Assembly (NCBI GenBank): GCA_965238005.1
Contig: OZ250165.1
Coordinates: 1,472,001 to 1,536,000, forward strand
DNA length: 64,000 nt
Source: Longimicrobiales bacterium
Lineage (GTDB): Bacteria; Gemmatimonadota; Gemmatimonadetes; Longimicrobiales; Gaopeijiaceae
Direction: 5' to 3'
A model generated the notes under the pieces. The model ran no database searches, was not told where the DNA came from, and saw nothing but the letters and a program-made list of their open reading frames with translations. This document shows, one piece after another, positions 39,239 to 48,848 of this stretch. Position numbers and translations under genes: made by a program. Position 1 is the first letter of the stretch. The number at the start of each line of letters is the position of its first letter.

Positions 39239-39786
39239 CGGACCGGACGGGACGCCCGGCGGTCTTTCTCGACCGGGACGGCACCCTCATCGAAGAGAAG
39301 GTGTACCTCGCCGACCCGGAAGGAGTGGTCCTGGTGCCCCACGCCGCCGAGGCGCTCAAGGAGCTCCGCGAGGCGGGGCATGCGCTCGTGATCGTGACCA
39401 ACCAGTCCGGGATCGCACGTGGACTGTACACGGAAGGAGACTACCAGGCCGTGACCAGGAGGCTCGACGAGCTCCTGCGCAACGCCGGCGCGCCGGTAGA
39501 CGCCACCCGATACTGCCCTCATCACCCCGACTTCGGCGAGCCCTGCGGGTGTCGCAAGCCGGGCACCGGTATGCACCGTGAAGCCGCAGAGGAACTGGGG
39601 CTCAGCCTGGAGGACTCGTACTACGTAGGGGACAAGGTCGCCGACGTAAGGCCGGCCCTGGAGCTGGGAGGGAAGGGAATCCTCGTGAGGACCGGTTTCG
39701 GAGTGGACGAAGAGCCGCTGGTGCCGGAAGGCGTAGCGATCGTGGACGATCTCCGGGCGGCCGCAACGCTCATTCTCGACGGCTGA
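39235..39786 (+). CDS. gmhB: D-glycero-manno-heptose bisphosphate phosphatase (HAD IIIA)
   Basis: FLDRDGTL, VTNQSGIARG, CPHHP...CRKP, VGDK. Confidence 0.88.
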   Translation: MTDRTGRPAVFLDRDGTLIEEKVYLADPEGVVLVPHAAEALKELREAGHALVIVTNQSGIARGLYTEGDYQAVTRRLDELLRNAGAPVDATRYCPHHPDFGEPCGCRKPGTGMHREAAEELGLSLEDSYYVGDKVADVRPALELGGKGILVRTGFGVDEEPLVPEGVAIVDDLRAAATLILDG

Positions 39787-39897
39787 CTCGGGCGTTGACC
39801 CCCCCTAGTCCTACCGGTAGCTTCAAGCAAGTAGGTCTCCGCGGTTGAGAACGTTCGCAGGCGGTGGGGGTAAGAGAGCCCCAGGAGACAGAATCAT

Positions 39898-40242
39898 ATG
39901 GAAAGTACCGAGACCCTTTTGACCCTCACGCCCACGGCGGTGAGCAAGGTCCAGACGTTCATAGAAGAGCAGGGGGCATCGGCGGATGCGGGGCTCCGCG
40001 TCGCGGTTCTCCCTGGGGGGTGCTCGGGCTTTCAGTATGGCCTGAATATCGAGGATGCCCCGGAGGCCGACGACGAGGTGCTCGACCTGTCGGGCGTCAG
40101 GATCTTCGTCGACCCGTTCAGCGTCCAGTATCTGGACGGCGTCGAGATCGACTACGTGACCAGCATGATGGGATCCGGTTTCACGTTCACGAACCCGAAT
40201 GCCACCGGTGGATGCGGCTGCGGCAGCTCTTTCACCGCTTAA
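39898..40242 (+). CDS. A-type Fe-S cluster carrier (IscA/ErpA/HesB family)
   Basis: GGCSGFQY, NPNATGGCGCGSSF. Confidence 0.95.
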   Translation: MESTETLLTLTPTAVSKVQTFIEEQGASADAGLRVAVLPGGCSGFQYGLNIEDAPEADDEVLDLSGVRIFVDPFSVQYLDGVEIDYVTSMMGSGFTFTNPNATGGCGCGSSFTA

Positions 40243-40368
40243 AGTCCCAAGAACAGAGCGACCGACTTTCCTGGCTCGTAGGTGAGATCCCTACGGGCCA
40301 CTTCTTTGGGCGTGACTCGTGCCCAAGCACCGTCGGTCGAGGCCCGGATCGGGCCATTAGTGACCAAG

Positions 40369-41019
40369 ATGCGTGTTCTAGCATTCACAGCGGGGGATTT
40401 CGCCGAGAACGGGTACGTCGCGTGGTGTGAGACCACGGGACAGTCCGTCATCGTGGATCCCGGTGCCGCTGCCCCCCAGATGGTCGCTGCCGTGACAGCC
40501 GAGGGAAGTCCGGTAGCCGCCGTCTTGTTGACCCACGCCCATCTCGACCACGTGGAGGGCCTCGGCGTCATTCGCGAGTCCACGGATGCGCCGACCTACC
40601 TGCACCCTGCCGATCGCCCTCTTTTCGACGCTGCGCCGGCTCAGGCGGCCATGTTCGGCCTCGTGGCGCCCGAGCTGACCCCCCCGGAGCGAGAGCTCCA
40701 CGACGGGGACACCTTCCGGTTCGGTGAGACGGCCTTCAAGGTCATTCACACGCCCGGGCATTCTCCCGGACATGTGATCCTTCATGCCGAAGAGGACGAG
40801 CTCGCCATCGTCGGAGACCTGGTCTTTGCGGGCTCGGTGGGGAGGACCGATCTTCCGGGCGGTGACTACCAGGCCCTCTTCAATAGCATTCGACGCCACG
40901 TGCTGACCATGTCCGATGAGACGCGTCTCCTGACTGGACACGGACCGCCCACTACCGTCGGCCACGAGCGCACGAGCAACCCGTTCCTGATCCCGCACTA
41001 CGGAGGAGAGCTGGCGTGA
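40369..41019 (+). CDS. MBL-fold metallo-hydrolase (glyoxalase II-like)
   Basis: THAHLDH, HTPGHSPG, GDLVF, GRTDLPGG, GHG. Confidence 0.9.
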   Translation: MRVLAFTAGDFAENGYVAWCETTGQSVIVDPGAAAPQMVAAVTAEGSPVAAVLLTHAHLDHVEGLGVIRESTDAPTYLHPADRPLFDAAPAQAAMFGLVAPELTPPERELHDGDTFRFGETAFKVIHTPGHSPGHVILHAEEDELAIVGDLVFAGSVGRTDLPGGDYQALFNSIRRHVLTMSDETRLLTGHGPPTTVGHERTSNPFLIPHYGGELA

Positions 41020-41690
41020 CCCCCCCCGTTCCCGTTGCCGTATTCGCGTCGGGCGGGGGAACGAATCTCCAGGCGCTTCTGGATCATGAGAGGGCGAGCG
41101 GAGCCTACAGAGTCGTGACAGTCATCTCCGACCGCCCGGATGCCGGGGCACTCGATCGAGCCAGGGCGGCGGGTCGTGACACTCTGGTGATCGCCATGAA
41201 AGATCGCTCTCAGGAGGAGATCGGGGAGGAGACCCTCCGGCACCTGCGCGACCGGAACGTGAAGGTCATCGCCCTGGCCGGGTATCTCAGGCTCATGCCG
41301 TCGGCCGTCGTGGCCGCCTATCCACGACGCATCCTGAATATCCATCCGGCGTTGCTTCCCGCCTTCGGCGGGAAGGGGATGTACGGAGAGCGAGTCCACC
41401 AGGCGGTACTGGCTGCGGGGGCCAAGGTGACGGGAGCCACTGTCCACTTCGTGGACGAGGAGTACGACACCGGGACGATAGTGGCCCAGTGGCCCGTTCC
41501 GGTCCTTCCCGAGGATGATGCCAAGGGAGTGGCCGCCAGGGTCCTCGTGGCGGAGCACCGCCTCTACCCGGCCGTGACCGATCACCTATGCAGAGCGGTG
41601 GCGGAGGGCAGGGATCCGGGACCGTTCACCCTCCCGTCCAGTGATTTCGAGTCCGCATTCGGGAACGAGACCCAGGGCGCGAGCCGATAG
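41016..41690 (+). CDS. purN: Phosphoribosylglycinamide formyltransferase
   Basis: SGGGTNLQA, LAGYLR, NIHPALLP, GATVHFV, DTG. Confidence 0.96.
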   Translation: MTPPVPVAVFASGGGTNLQALLDHERASGAYRVVTVISDRPDAGALDRARAAGRDTLVIAMKDRSQEEIGEETLRHLRDRNVKVIALAGYLRLMPSAVVAAYPRRILNIHPALLPAFGGKGMYGERVHQAVLAAGAKVTGATVHFVDEEYDTGTIVAQWPVPVLPEDDAKGVAARVLVAEHRLYPAVTDHLCRAVAEGRDPGPFTLPSSDFESAFGNETQGASR

Positions 41691-41706
41691 GGGAGACAAG
41701 CGAGAT

Positions 41707-43428
41707 ATGAAGCGACGAGCGCTCCTGAGCGTGTCCGACAAGTCGGGCATAGAGACTCTGGCCACGTCGCTGGTGGAGGCCGGGTGGGAGATCCTGTCCA
41801 CTGGCGGTACGGCTCGTACTATCCGAGACGCCGGCCTGCCGGTGACCGAAGTGGCCCAGGTTACCGGGCATCCGGAGATGATGGACGGGCGGGTGAAGAC
41901 GCTTCATCCGGCCATTCACGCCGGCCTCTTGGCGCGTCGCGACCGGCCTGACGACATGGCCTCGCTCGAGAAGCACGGGTACGGCCCCATCGACCTGGTT
42001 GCCGTGAATCTCTATCCGTTTCGAGAGACCGTGGCACGGGGGGAGGTTCCGGTGGGCGAAGCCATGGAGAAGGTGGACATCGGCGGGCCCACCATGATCC
42101 GGGCCGCGGCCAAGAGCCACGCCGACGTCCTGGTGGTGGTGGACCCATCGGACTACGACCGTGTGCTTAGCGCGCTGGTGGATGGCGCGACGGTAGACGT
42201 CAGGTTGCGTCGCAAGCTCGCCGCAAAGGTTTTCCGTCACATCAGCGATTACGACGCAGCGGTGGCGGCGTATCTGGAGGCGGGGGCTGGCGGTGCCGAG
42301 GACGAGGGGTCGGAGGCCACGTCCAACGATCCCGAGTCCGGCCAGGGAGCGACTGACTCCGACCCGAGCGCCCCCGACTCCTTGTCCCTCGACCTCGAGC
42401 TGGTCCAGGGACTGCGGTATGGGGAGAACCCCGGTCAGGAAGCCGCCTTCTACCGGTGGTCCGGCAGGCGAGACGGCCTGGCGGGCCTGCAGCAGCTGCA
42501 CGGGAAGGAGCTCTCGTACAACAACCTGCTCGATCTCGACGGGGCTCTCATGTCGCTGGCGCCCTTCGCGTATTCCCCGAGGCCAGCCGTCTGCATCATC
42601 AAGCACACGACGCCCTGTGGCCTGGCCGTGGCGGGGACCTTGGCCGAGGCCTACGAGCGAGCCCTCCGCACGGACGGCGTGAGCGCGTTCGGCTCGGTGA
42701 TCGCGGTGAACCGGTGTATCGATGAGGAGACGGCCGAGGCCATGTCCGGGCTCTTCATCGAGTGCATCGTGGCACCGCGTTTCGAAGATGAGGCCATTGA
42801 GGTTCTCACGCGGAAGAAGAACCTCCGGCTGCTGGTCTCGGGCGGGATCGGCGAGTCGGTGCAGGGCGAGCCGGACGGGGACTGGTGGAAGAGGGCGCCC
42901 GAAGAGGTCCGCAGGGCGGGTCGCTTTCTGGCGGAGCACGGACGACGGCCTGAGGGCCTGGCGTTGCGAAGCGTGTACGGTGGAATGCTGGCCCAGAGCC
43001 CGCCGCTGCCGCCCTTCTATGGTGTGGGCTCGGTGGACTGGTCCGTCACTACCGAGCGCGGCCCCGACGAAGCCGAGTGGGATGATCTGCGCTTCGCTTG
43101 GGCGGCGGTCTTCGGTGTGAAGTCCAACGCGATCCTCTTCGCCAGCGGTGGAGCCACGCTGGGCATCGGCGCCGGTCAGATGAGCCGGGTGGACTCCTCA
43201 CGTATCGCGGTCCAGAAGGCAGCCGATGCGGGTCTCGACCTCCAGGGTGCCGTCCTGGCCTCCGACGCGTTCTTCCCGTTCCGGGACGGCGTCGACGCGG
43301 CCGCCGAGGCGGGCGTGCGCGCCATCGTCCAGCCTGGGGGCTCGGTCCGGGACGAAGTGGTCATCGAAGCTGCCAACGAGCACGGCATGGCCATGGTCTT
43401 CACGGGTCAGCGCCTCTTCCGCCACTGA
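41707..43428 (+). CDS. purH: Bifunctional AICAR transformylase/IMP cyclohydrolase
   Basis: [51 protein letters not shown]. Confidence 0.97.
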   Translation: MKRRALLSVSDKSGIETLATSLVEAGWEILSTGGTARTIRDAGLPVTEVAQVTGHPEMMDGRVKTLHPAIHAGLLARRDRPDDMASLEKHGYGPIDLVAVNLYPFRETVARGEVPVGEAMEKVDIGGPTMIRAAAKSHADVLVVVDPSDYDRVLSALVDGATVDVRLRRKLAAKVFRHISDYDAAVAAYLEAGAGGAEDEGSEATSNDPESGQGATDSDPSAPDSLSLDLELVQGLRYGENPGQEAAFYRWSGRRDGLAGLQQLHGKELSYNNLLDLDGALMSLAPFAYSPRPAVCIIKHTTPCGLAVAGTLAEAYERALRTDGVSAFGSVIAVNRCIDEETAEAMSGLFIECIVAPRFEDEAIEVLTRKKNLRLLVSGGIGESVQGEPDGDWWKRAPEEVRRAGRFLAEHGRRPEGLALRSVYGGMLAQSPPLPPFYGVGSVDWSVTTERGPDEAEWDDLRFAWAAVFGVKSNAILFASGGATLGIGAGQMSRVDSSRIAVQKAADAGLDLQGAVLASDAFFPFRDGVDAAAEAGVRAIVQPGGSVRDEVVIEAANEHGMAMVFTGQRLFRH

Positions 43429-43510
43429 TCGCGCGCCGGAAGGGCATAGACGCGCGACCTCTTTACACGAGGCCCGTGAATGCCTGAGCTTTCGCCAGGC
43501 AGAAGCGTCT

Positions 43511-43594
43511 GGAGGGGTGGCAGAGCGGTTCAATGCACCGGTCTTGAAAACCGGCGGGCGCAAGCCCACGCGGGTTCGAATCCCGCCCCCTCCG
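43511..43594 (+). tRNA. tRNA-Ser (anticodon UGA), CCA not encoded
   Basis: Acceptor GGAGGGG/CCCCTCC, anticodon arm CCGGT-CTTGAAA-ACCGG, variable arm GGGC-GCAA-GCCC, GGTTCGAATCC T-arm, discriminator G. Confidence 0.96.
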
Positions 43595-43597
43595 CTA
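43584..43597 (+). repeat. attL core (tRNA-Ser 3' end)
   Basis: CGCCCCCTCCGCTA, exactly repeated at 53830-53843. Confidence 0.9.
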
Positions 43598-43651
43598 GTG
43601 CAATACGGCAAGAGCCGATGTAGTATAGACTTACACCGTTATCTGTGCATC

Positions 43652-43675
43652 GTGCCCTACGGTGTGTCCCACACT
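43652..43675 (+). promoter_or_regulatory. Putative integrase arm-type binding sites (left)
   Basis: GTGCCCTACGGTGTGTCCCACACT matches 53678-53701 at 21/24; two tandem 12-bp units. Confidence 0.7.
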
Positions 43676-43802
43676 ACGAGCGGGACGCAAACACTTCCGG
43701 CAGGTGTTCTACTCGGCCGCGCGGGACGGCCAGCCCAAGCCAGGCCCTCAATAGCCTTCCAGCGCTCGCGCAACTGGAGAACTGACCGCCCGCGTTCGCC
43801 CG

Positions 43803-44120
43803 TCATGCCTCTGGCAGTTTCGGCGGCTTGTCTTCCTCATCGAACAAGCTAGGCGGCTTGGTAGTGGCCCCCAGGCGTTCGGCCACGATCCGGGTGTAGC
43901 AGTCCACAAGGTCGTGAGCCGCCATCGCCACGGGCACGCCGGGAGCGGACCCGGACCCCTCGATACGAGCCATCAATTCAACGGCGCACTCAAGGCCGAA
44001 CTCCAACACGTCGCCAGCCCTCGCGCCGTCGATGGTGGCCGCTATGTCGTCCGCGATCTTCAAGGCACGCACGGGCAGGCGGACAGTACGGGTCGTTCTA
44101 GGCTTGCGTCGCTTGAACAT
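43803..44120 (-). CDS. Hypothetical protein, possible ribbon-helix-helix DNA-binding protein
   Basis: AAAGGAGA RBS; RTVRLP beta strand followed by two helices. Confidence 0.6.
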   Translation of the reverse strand: MFKRRKPRTTRTVRLPVRALKIADDIAATIDGARAGDVLEFGLECAVELMARIEGSGSAPGVPVAMAAHDLVDCYTRIVAERLGATTKPPSLFDEEDKPPKLPEA

Positions 44121-44272
44121 CGAATCTCCTTTTCCATGGAATACGGCCAGACCCTAAAGGTGTCACACATACTCCATCCGGTGTCAAGATTGCAAGTGAC
44201 AACCGTATACTGCGTATGCGGGGGATGGTGGCTCAGGGCACCCTAGCACCCACGGACAGGGGCCGAAGGCTG

Positions 44273-45304
44273 CTAGGTGCCGCTCTGTGCGGCCAGGGAA
44301 TCGAGCCCGGTGAGCCTCGCTGCATCGGCCGCGCTCATTCCGGCCGTTACCAATTTCGCGGCCGCACTCGAACGGCCGACGATATCATGAGCCCACAGAG
44401 CCCCGAAGTTGAACGAGACTTCCGTGTCCAGCGCCATGGAGGCGTCTTCGGCGATCATGTCAGCGACGGGCTGGACGGTCGCCATGATCCACCGGCGGTA
44501 GTCTTCTCGAAGCTGCGTCCCGTCCGCGTCCGCGCCCGCCAGGCTGGCCGGAATCCCGCACGCAGCGAACACGGCCCCGGACACGTCCGAGTAGAGCGAG
44601 CGCAGCCCCTCGGGGATCGTCGGCCCCAGGCGCTCGGCCTTCCAATCGTTCCGGGTCCCGCTTTGCGTGCCTTCGCCCCATCCGGCGCTAGTGGACTCTA
44701 GGAGAACCGCCTTTCCTTTCGCTTCGCCTATATCGGTTCGGAGCGCTTCAAGCCCCGCGCCATCGGTCGGGATCGGGACCAGGGCGGCCGTGGGAGTCGC
44801 CAGGTCCTCGGTGATCTTCCCCTCGGCTCCCACGGACAGCTTGCCGAGTAGAGAAGCCACCCCGAGCGGAGACACACCTAGCCAGGGTTGGAGGGGATCG
44901 ACGGACCATCGAAGGTGCAGGACCTCATGACGCGAGACGTTGCGCCGCACGATCACGCCTTCCGGTTCCGGCAAGTGAAGCTCGTAGCGCCAGCCCTTCC
45001 GCACGTCGAAGGCAGCGACGGGCTCAAGATGCAGGCGAGGCTCAACCGCGATCAGGTGAACGCTTTCACCGTGCCGGATCAGGTCCCGGCCGATGGTGTG
45101 GCGCACCCGAGCCGTGAGCACTTCCGGCGCGCCCTCGATGTTCGCAGCGGCCAGGGTGCGGCCCCACAGACCCGCCGCGATCTCAAGCGCTCCGGTGCGT
45201 AGCACGTTCCCGGCATCGGCCGCGGCCGTCGCTTCCAGCCCGGCCACGATCAGGCTTGTGTATCCCGCCGTCCGTTCCTCACGCCGCTTGAAAGGCCACT
45301 TCAT
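44273..45304 (-). CDS. Phage portal protein (HK97-like, compact 343 aa)
   Basis: MKWPFKRRE N-terminus, DLIRHGES, EVLHLRW, WLGVSPL, ACGIP pattern; TGATG coupling to the upstream gene. Confidence 0.8.
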   Translation of the reverse strand: MKWPFKRREERTAGYTSLIVAGLEATAAADAGNVLRTGALEIAAGLWGRTLAAANIEGAPEVLTARVRHTIGRDLIRHGESVHLIAVEPRLHLEPVAAFDVRKGWRYELHLPEPEGVIVRRNVSRHEVLHLRWSVDPLQPWLGVSPLGVASLLGKLSVGAEGKITEDLATPTAALVPIPTDGAGLEALRTDIGEAKGKAVLLESTSAGWGEGTQSGTRNDWKAERLGPTIPEGLRSLYSDVSGAVFAACGIPASLAGADADGTQLREDYRRWIMATVQPVADMIAEDASMALDTEVSFNFGALWAHDIVGRSSAAAKLVTAGMSAADAARLTGLDSLAAQSGT

Positions 45305-45711
45305 CAGATCCGCCCGTCATTGATTAGGTATACCGTGAATTGGAATCGAAGCGCAGCGTTCAAGCTCGATCCAACGGCCTTCTGAGTGGGCAGGTCCCAG
45401 GCACCGGCCAACTGGTAGAAGTAGACACTGACGCCCGAGATCAAAGCATCCTTCAATGTCTGAATCATGAGCTTGGCGATGGCCGGGACCAGCTTACCGG
45501 ACACTCCCACGGCGTCCAGGTGGCCGAAGTAATTGAGAAGGTCCACGGCCAACACGACCCCACCGTGTCGCTGCATTATGCGAATGCGTAGGGATCGCTT
45601 GAGCGCCCCTGACTTCACCGGAATCAGGCGTTGAACATTGGTGCGGAACCCTGAATTGATCTCCGTCTTGAGTACGCCCAGGATGGACCCGGTGAGCGAC
45701 GGCGTAGGCAT
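45304..45711 (-). CDS. Hypothetical protein, possibly HK97 gp10-like neck/tail-completion protein
   Basis: PVKSGALKRSL resembles the gp10 'PV.TG.L..S' motif; follows the head-closure gene. Confidence 0.45.
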   Translation of the reverse strand: MPTPSLTGSILGVLKTEINSGFRTNVQRLIPVKSGALKRSLRIRIMQRHGGVVLAVDLLNYFGHLDAVGVSGKLVPAIAKLMIQTLKDALISGVSVYFYQLAGAWDLPTQKAVGSSLNAALRFQFTVYLINDGRI

Positions 45712-46052
45712 CAGACTTGCCTACTCGTGCATGTGATCGTCGTCTCTCTCTGGCGTTCGTCGGCCGTCGAGATAGACGTAATCAGAAGGTCCCGGCCCCT
45801 CACCCGGCAACGTGCCAGGGTGAAGTCTCCCAGGCTGGCCCTTTGGGTGACGTTGTACAAAAGGGTTCTCATGGATCGGGGCATGGCTAGGTAGCGCATG
45901 GTGACGGAGAAGGCGTCAGCCCGGCTCAATCCGCTTCCCAGGTCGAAGCTTGCGGTCCCCTCATCTTGCACGTCGGCCAGGACGGGCACGGTCACAAAGT
46001 CATCGGCGGTCGATTCCCGGTACGACAGCGTGACCTCTTCATCGTACCTCAT
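45711..46052 (-). CDS. Putative head-closure (stopper) protein, SPP1 gp16-like
   Basis: 113 aa, beta-rich, VTMRY and ITSI...ETTITC pattern; TAATG overlap after the connector gene. Confidence 0.55.
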   Translation of the reverse strand: MRYDEEVTLSYRESTADDFVTVPVLADVQDEGTASFDLGSGLSRADAFSVTMRYLAMPRSMRTLLYNVTQRASLGDFTLARCRVRGRDLLITSISTADERQRETTITCTSRQV

Positions 46053-46414
46053 TAGGGGCCACCCGCCGCGCCGTCGCCGCCGTCGCCGGTGTCCGCCGGA
46101 ACGGCCCCGATCAAGCCACCACGCCGCACCTTGTACGGATTGAGCAGAGAAGCCGCGCCGCTCGAACGCATGGCAGCCGGGCCACCCGGTGCGGCCCCGC
46201 TCGGGTCTGAATCGTAGAGCCACGCCGCCAGGCGCACGAACGCCTCATCGTGGAGCGCGTTCGGAGCGTTCGGAGCGTAGGCCTCCACCATGGCGGTGGC
46301 CGTGGCCGCGATCCTGCCCAGGATAAGGGCAACCGCGCCGGTGGGTGCGGCTTCGCCGTCCGTTATCCGGAGATCGCCTGCAAGCTGCGTGAGGGTCCGG
46401 GTAATCACAGCCAC
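46052..46414 (-). CDS. Head-tail connector (HK97 gp6/SPP1 gp15-like)
   Basis: Helical; ATAMVEAY, EAFVRLAAWLYD, LLNPYK pattern. Confidence 0.75.
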   Translation of the reverse strand: MAVITRTLTQLAGDLRITDGEAAPTGAVALILGRIAATATAMVEAYAPNAPNALHDEAFVRLAAWLYDSDPSGAAPGGPAAMRSSGAASLLNPYKVRRGGLIGAVPADTGDGGDGAAGGP

Positions 46415-46854
46415 ACTCGCCTACGGGCCGTGCTCCGCACTTCGGCGGCCGTCGTGTCGTACTCCGGAGCGCTCACCAACGCAGCCGCCGGGACCATGGC
46501 CCGTAGGACCTCACGGACACCGGCCTTTGTGGTGCGTTCTTCCAGAGCGTGAAACTCAACGCTCATAAACCGCTTACCGGATTCGACGGCCGCTCGGATG
46601 GCCTCGGTCGCTCTGGCTGTCAGAGTGATCCGGCCGTCACGGTGCCTCACGGGCTGTGCTCGAACCTCGACGGCCCCCCGGTGCTCCGCTAGCACGGCCA
46701 CGCCGTCATGCGGCCAGGACACGCTACCAGGTGCGAACACCTCCGCACGGCCACCACTGGCGGCTCTGCCCTCTTGCAACATGACGCCCCTGAGCGTCGG
46801 TTCGTAACCGGCGCGCTCGGCCTCACGTACCTCGACCTCAAAGCTGTATTTCAT
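46405..46854 (-). CDS. HK97-family prohead protease
   Basis: EVFAPG, LAEH (His), MSVEF (Ser), ALVSAPEY...EVR; ATGA overlap. Confidence 0.8.
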   Translation of the reverse strand: MKYSFEVEVREAERAGYEPTLRGVMLQEGRAASGGRAEVFAPGSVSWPHDGVAVLAEHRGAVEVRAQPVRHRDGRITLTARATEAIRAAVESGKRFMSVEFHALEERTTKAGVREVLRAMVPAAALVSAPEYDTTAAEVRSTARRRVWL

Positions 46855-47273
46855 CGGTACCACCTCCGCACCGCTTTATCGCACTCGGGAGAGATCAGGC
46901 CGTCAGAATCGGCTAGGCGAGCTCGCACCGTTTCCTCGCCAGGGTCAACGGTTCGGACGAAAAGCCCGCGCTCGCCTGCTACCTCGCGCCAACGCGGCTC
47001 TTGCCCGGCCCGCGACGTGGTGACCGCAACATCGGCCCCGGAGTCCAGCACGTTCCGGGCGATCACCGCTTGAGCGTAGAGCGCGGCCAGGAGCGCCGGA
47101 TCGTCTTCGCTCCGCACCGGATAGCGACCGTCAGGGCCACGGGTGGCACCCGAGAGCGCCGCCCATAGAGCGGTGACGTCCGCTACCACGGAAACCTCAC
47201 CGGCCTCCAACATCTCGGCCACGACCTGAGACTTACCGGACCCGGCCGGGCCTTGGACTAGATGCAGCGGCAC
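46851..47273 (-). CDS. Small P-loop NTPase/kinase-like protein
   Basis: N-terminal Walker A LVQGPAGSGKS; 140 aa; DPGEETVRARL lid-like motif. Confidence 0.75.
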   Translation of the reverse strand: MPLHLVQGPAGSGKSQVVAEMLEAGEVSVVADVTALWAALSGATRGPDGRYPVRSEDDPALLAALYAQAVIARNVLDSGADVAVTTSRAGQEPRWREVAGERGLFVRTVDPGEETVRARLADSDGLISPECDKAVRRWYR

Positions 47274-47276
47274 GGC

Positions 47277-48512
47277 TTAGGAGATCTTCGGGTGGACCTC
47301 TTTGACTTGCGCGGTCCCGTGAGGAATGAACGGCTCGGCAACCAAGGTGACGGCCGTCACAACCCTCTGGCCCTTACCGGCCTGAGTGTACGGGTCCACG
47401 ATCAGCTCCACCCCGGACCAGATCGGCACGACCACGGACTGCCCCTGAGCGCCCAACAGCGCTACGCCCTTCTGACCGGACGCGGCCTTGTCCGGGACGC
47501 GAGTGGACACCCTCAGCACCGCGAGCTTGCCCATCAGGTAGTCATAGAGGCTCACCGCCGCGTTGTTCTGGTAGAGCGAAGCGTACAGCGCGAAGGTGTC
47601 GGTCCCGATCAGCGCCCGGATATCGCCGAATCCGTTGGCGTGCTTCCCCTCGACCAGGGCAGCGAACCGGGCCACTCCGGTTTGGAAGGTTTCCTTCGCG
47701 GCCGCTATCGCTACGTCCGTGGCTTGGTGGAACAGCCCGGAAAGGTTCGGGTCCGCGCCGTCTCCGTCGATCACTTGATCGTCCAGATTCGATGCCATGG
47801 CCCCGCCGATGGCTGCCCTCAAGTCTGCTTCCATCGAAGGCATGAGCGCGAGATCCTCCAGGCGCACGACGAACGAGCCGGTGATCCGGCCCGGCGTGCG
47901 CTTCGTCAGACTGAAAGCCGCAGCCGTGGAATCCGCCGCCGCGTCCTCAGCCTTCGCACCGGCAGGTGGCGCGGTCGTGAGCGCCGGAAAGTGAGCTTCG
48001 CCAGGCTGGACCATCGGCATGGTGATTCCGAGCGCGGCCGCGTCCGTCCGAGCGAATGCGAAAGGCACCGTCGGCCGGGTGGCGCTCACAGTCTCATCGG
48101 CAGGGTTCGGAGTGACGGCCCGCGCCTCGGGAGCGTCCTGAGCTTCCAGAAGCTCTAGCGGCATCCGGCCCGGCGTGCCCACGGCCTCCGCATACTCGGC
48201 GGAAGCGCCCCGGACACCCTGAGCGGTGAGCGCGGCCGACACGAAGTCACCCACCCGTGCCTTGCCTCGAAGCGCCAGGCGCTCGCGAGTCTCCGCGTCT
48301 ACCGGATCGGCGTTCGGGTCGGGATCGGGCTCGGCGCTTTCGGCGACGATGGCCGCCCGGTGGCGCGTCTCTAGGTCCGCGTACTCGGTCTGGAGGGTTC
48401 CCGACTCTGTGCGGACCTCATCGGTGAAGGCGTCGCCCTCAAGCCCGGAAATCTCATTCAGGCGGGAGCGTACTTCGGAGAGACGGAGTGCGATTTTCTG
48501 GCGAGAAGTCAT
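47277..48512 (-). CDS. Major capsid protein (HK97 fold) with N-terminal coiled-coil delta domain
   Basis: About 110-aa helical N-terminus, LDDQVIDGDG, C-terminal IWSGVELIVDPYT. Confidence 0.85.
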   Translation of the reverse strand: MTSRQKIALRLSEVRSRLNEISGLEGDAFTDEVRTESGTLQTEYADLETRHRAAIVAESAEPDPDPNADPVDAETRERLALRGKARVGDFVSAALTAQGVRGASAEYAEAVGTPGRMPLELLEAQDAPEARAVTPNPADETVSATRPTVPFAFARTDAAALGITMPMVQPGEAHFPALTTAPPAGAKAEDAAADSTAAAFSLTKRTPGRITGSFVVRLEDLALMPSMEADLRAAIGGAMASNLDDQVIDGDGADPNLSGLFHQATDVAIAAAKETFQTGVARFAALVEGKHANGFGDIRALIGTDTFALYASLYQNNAAVSLYDYLMGKLAVLRVSTRVPDKAASGQKGVALLGAQGQSVVVPIWSGVELIVDPYTQAGKGQRVVTAVTLVAEPFIPHGTAQVKEVHPKIS

Positions 48513-48539
48513 TAGGACCAAGCCCCTTGTGTGCGTTCA

Positions 48540-48848
48540 CTACGCGGGATCGCTCCCGCACGGTACTTGAGGCTTTTTTGGTCCAACTGAAAGCTGGCAG
48601 TCCGTGGTGAATCCCGCAAGGTGGCGCTCCCAGGCGTCTTCCGTCTCCGTGGTGGGCCGTCGATGGTGCTCTATGTGACACCCTCGACACCACGCTACCA
48701 GATTGGACGGCTCATTATGATCCGGGCGATGGTCGATATGGTGGACCTCAAGCTGCCCGGCCTTGCCACATTTCCGACACCGCCACCCGTCACGGTTGAG
48801 AATCTTCCGGCGTAGGAGCTTCCATTGGGCGGTCGATGTGCGGCTCAA
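48540..48848 (-). CDS. HNH endonuclease (terminase-associated)
   Basis: W..LR..IL.RDGWRCRKC, EVHH, NLVAWCRGCH; TTG start overlaps the TerL stop. Confidence 0.9.
   Translation of the reverse strand: MSRTSTAQWKLLRRKILNRDGWRCRKCGKAGQLEVHHIDHRPDHNEPSNLVAWCRGCHIEHHRRPTTETEDAWERHLAGFTTDCQLSVGPKKPQVPCGSDPA

Noticed and set aside
43511..43594. tRNA-Sec, given the nearby selA
   Set aside because: The anticodon is TGA (reads UCA, Ser) and the acceptor stem is 7 bp, so it is an ordinary tRNA-Ser
43657..43806. 49-aa ORF coupled to the RHH-like gene as a toxin of a TA pair
   Set aside because: No toxin motif, and it runs into the arm-site region; unsupported
47277..48512. Encapsulin nanocompartment
   Set aside because: Accompanied by portal, terminase, protease and a delta domain, so it is a viral capsid
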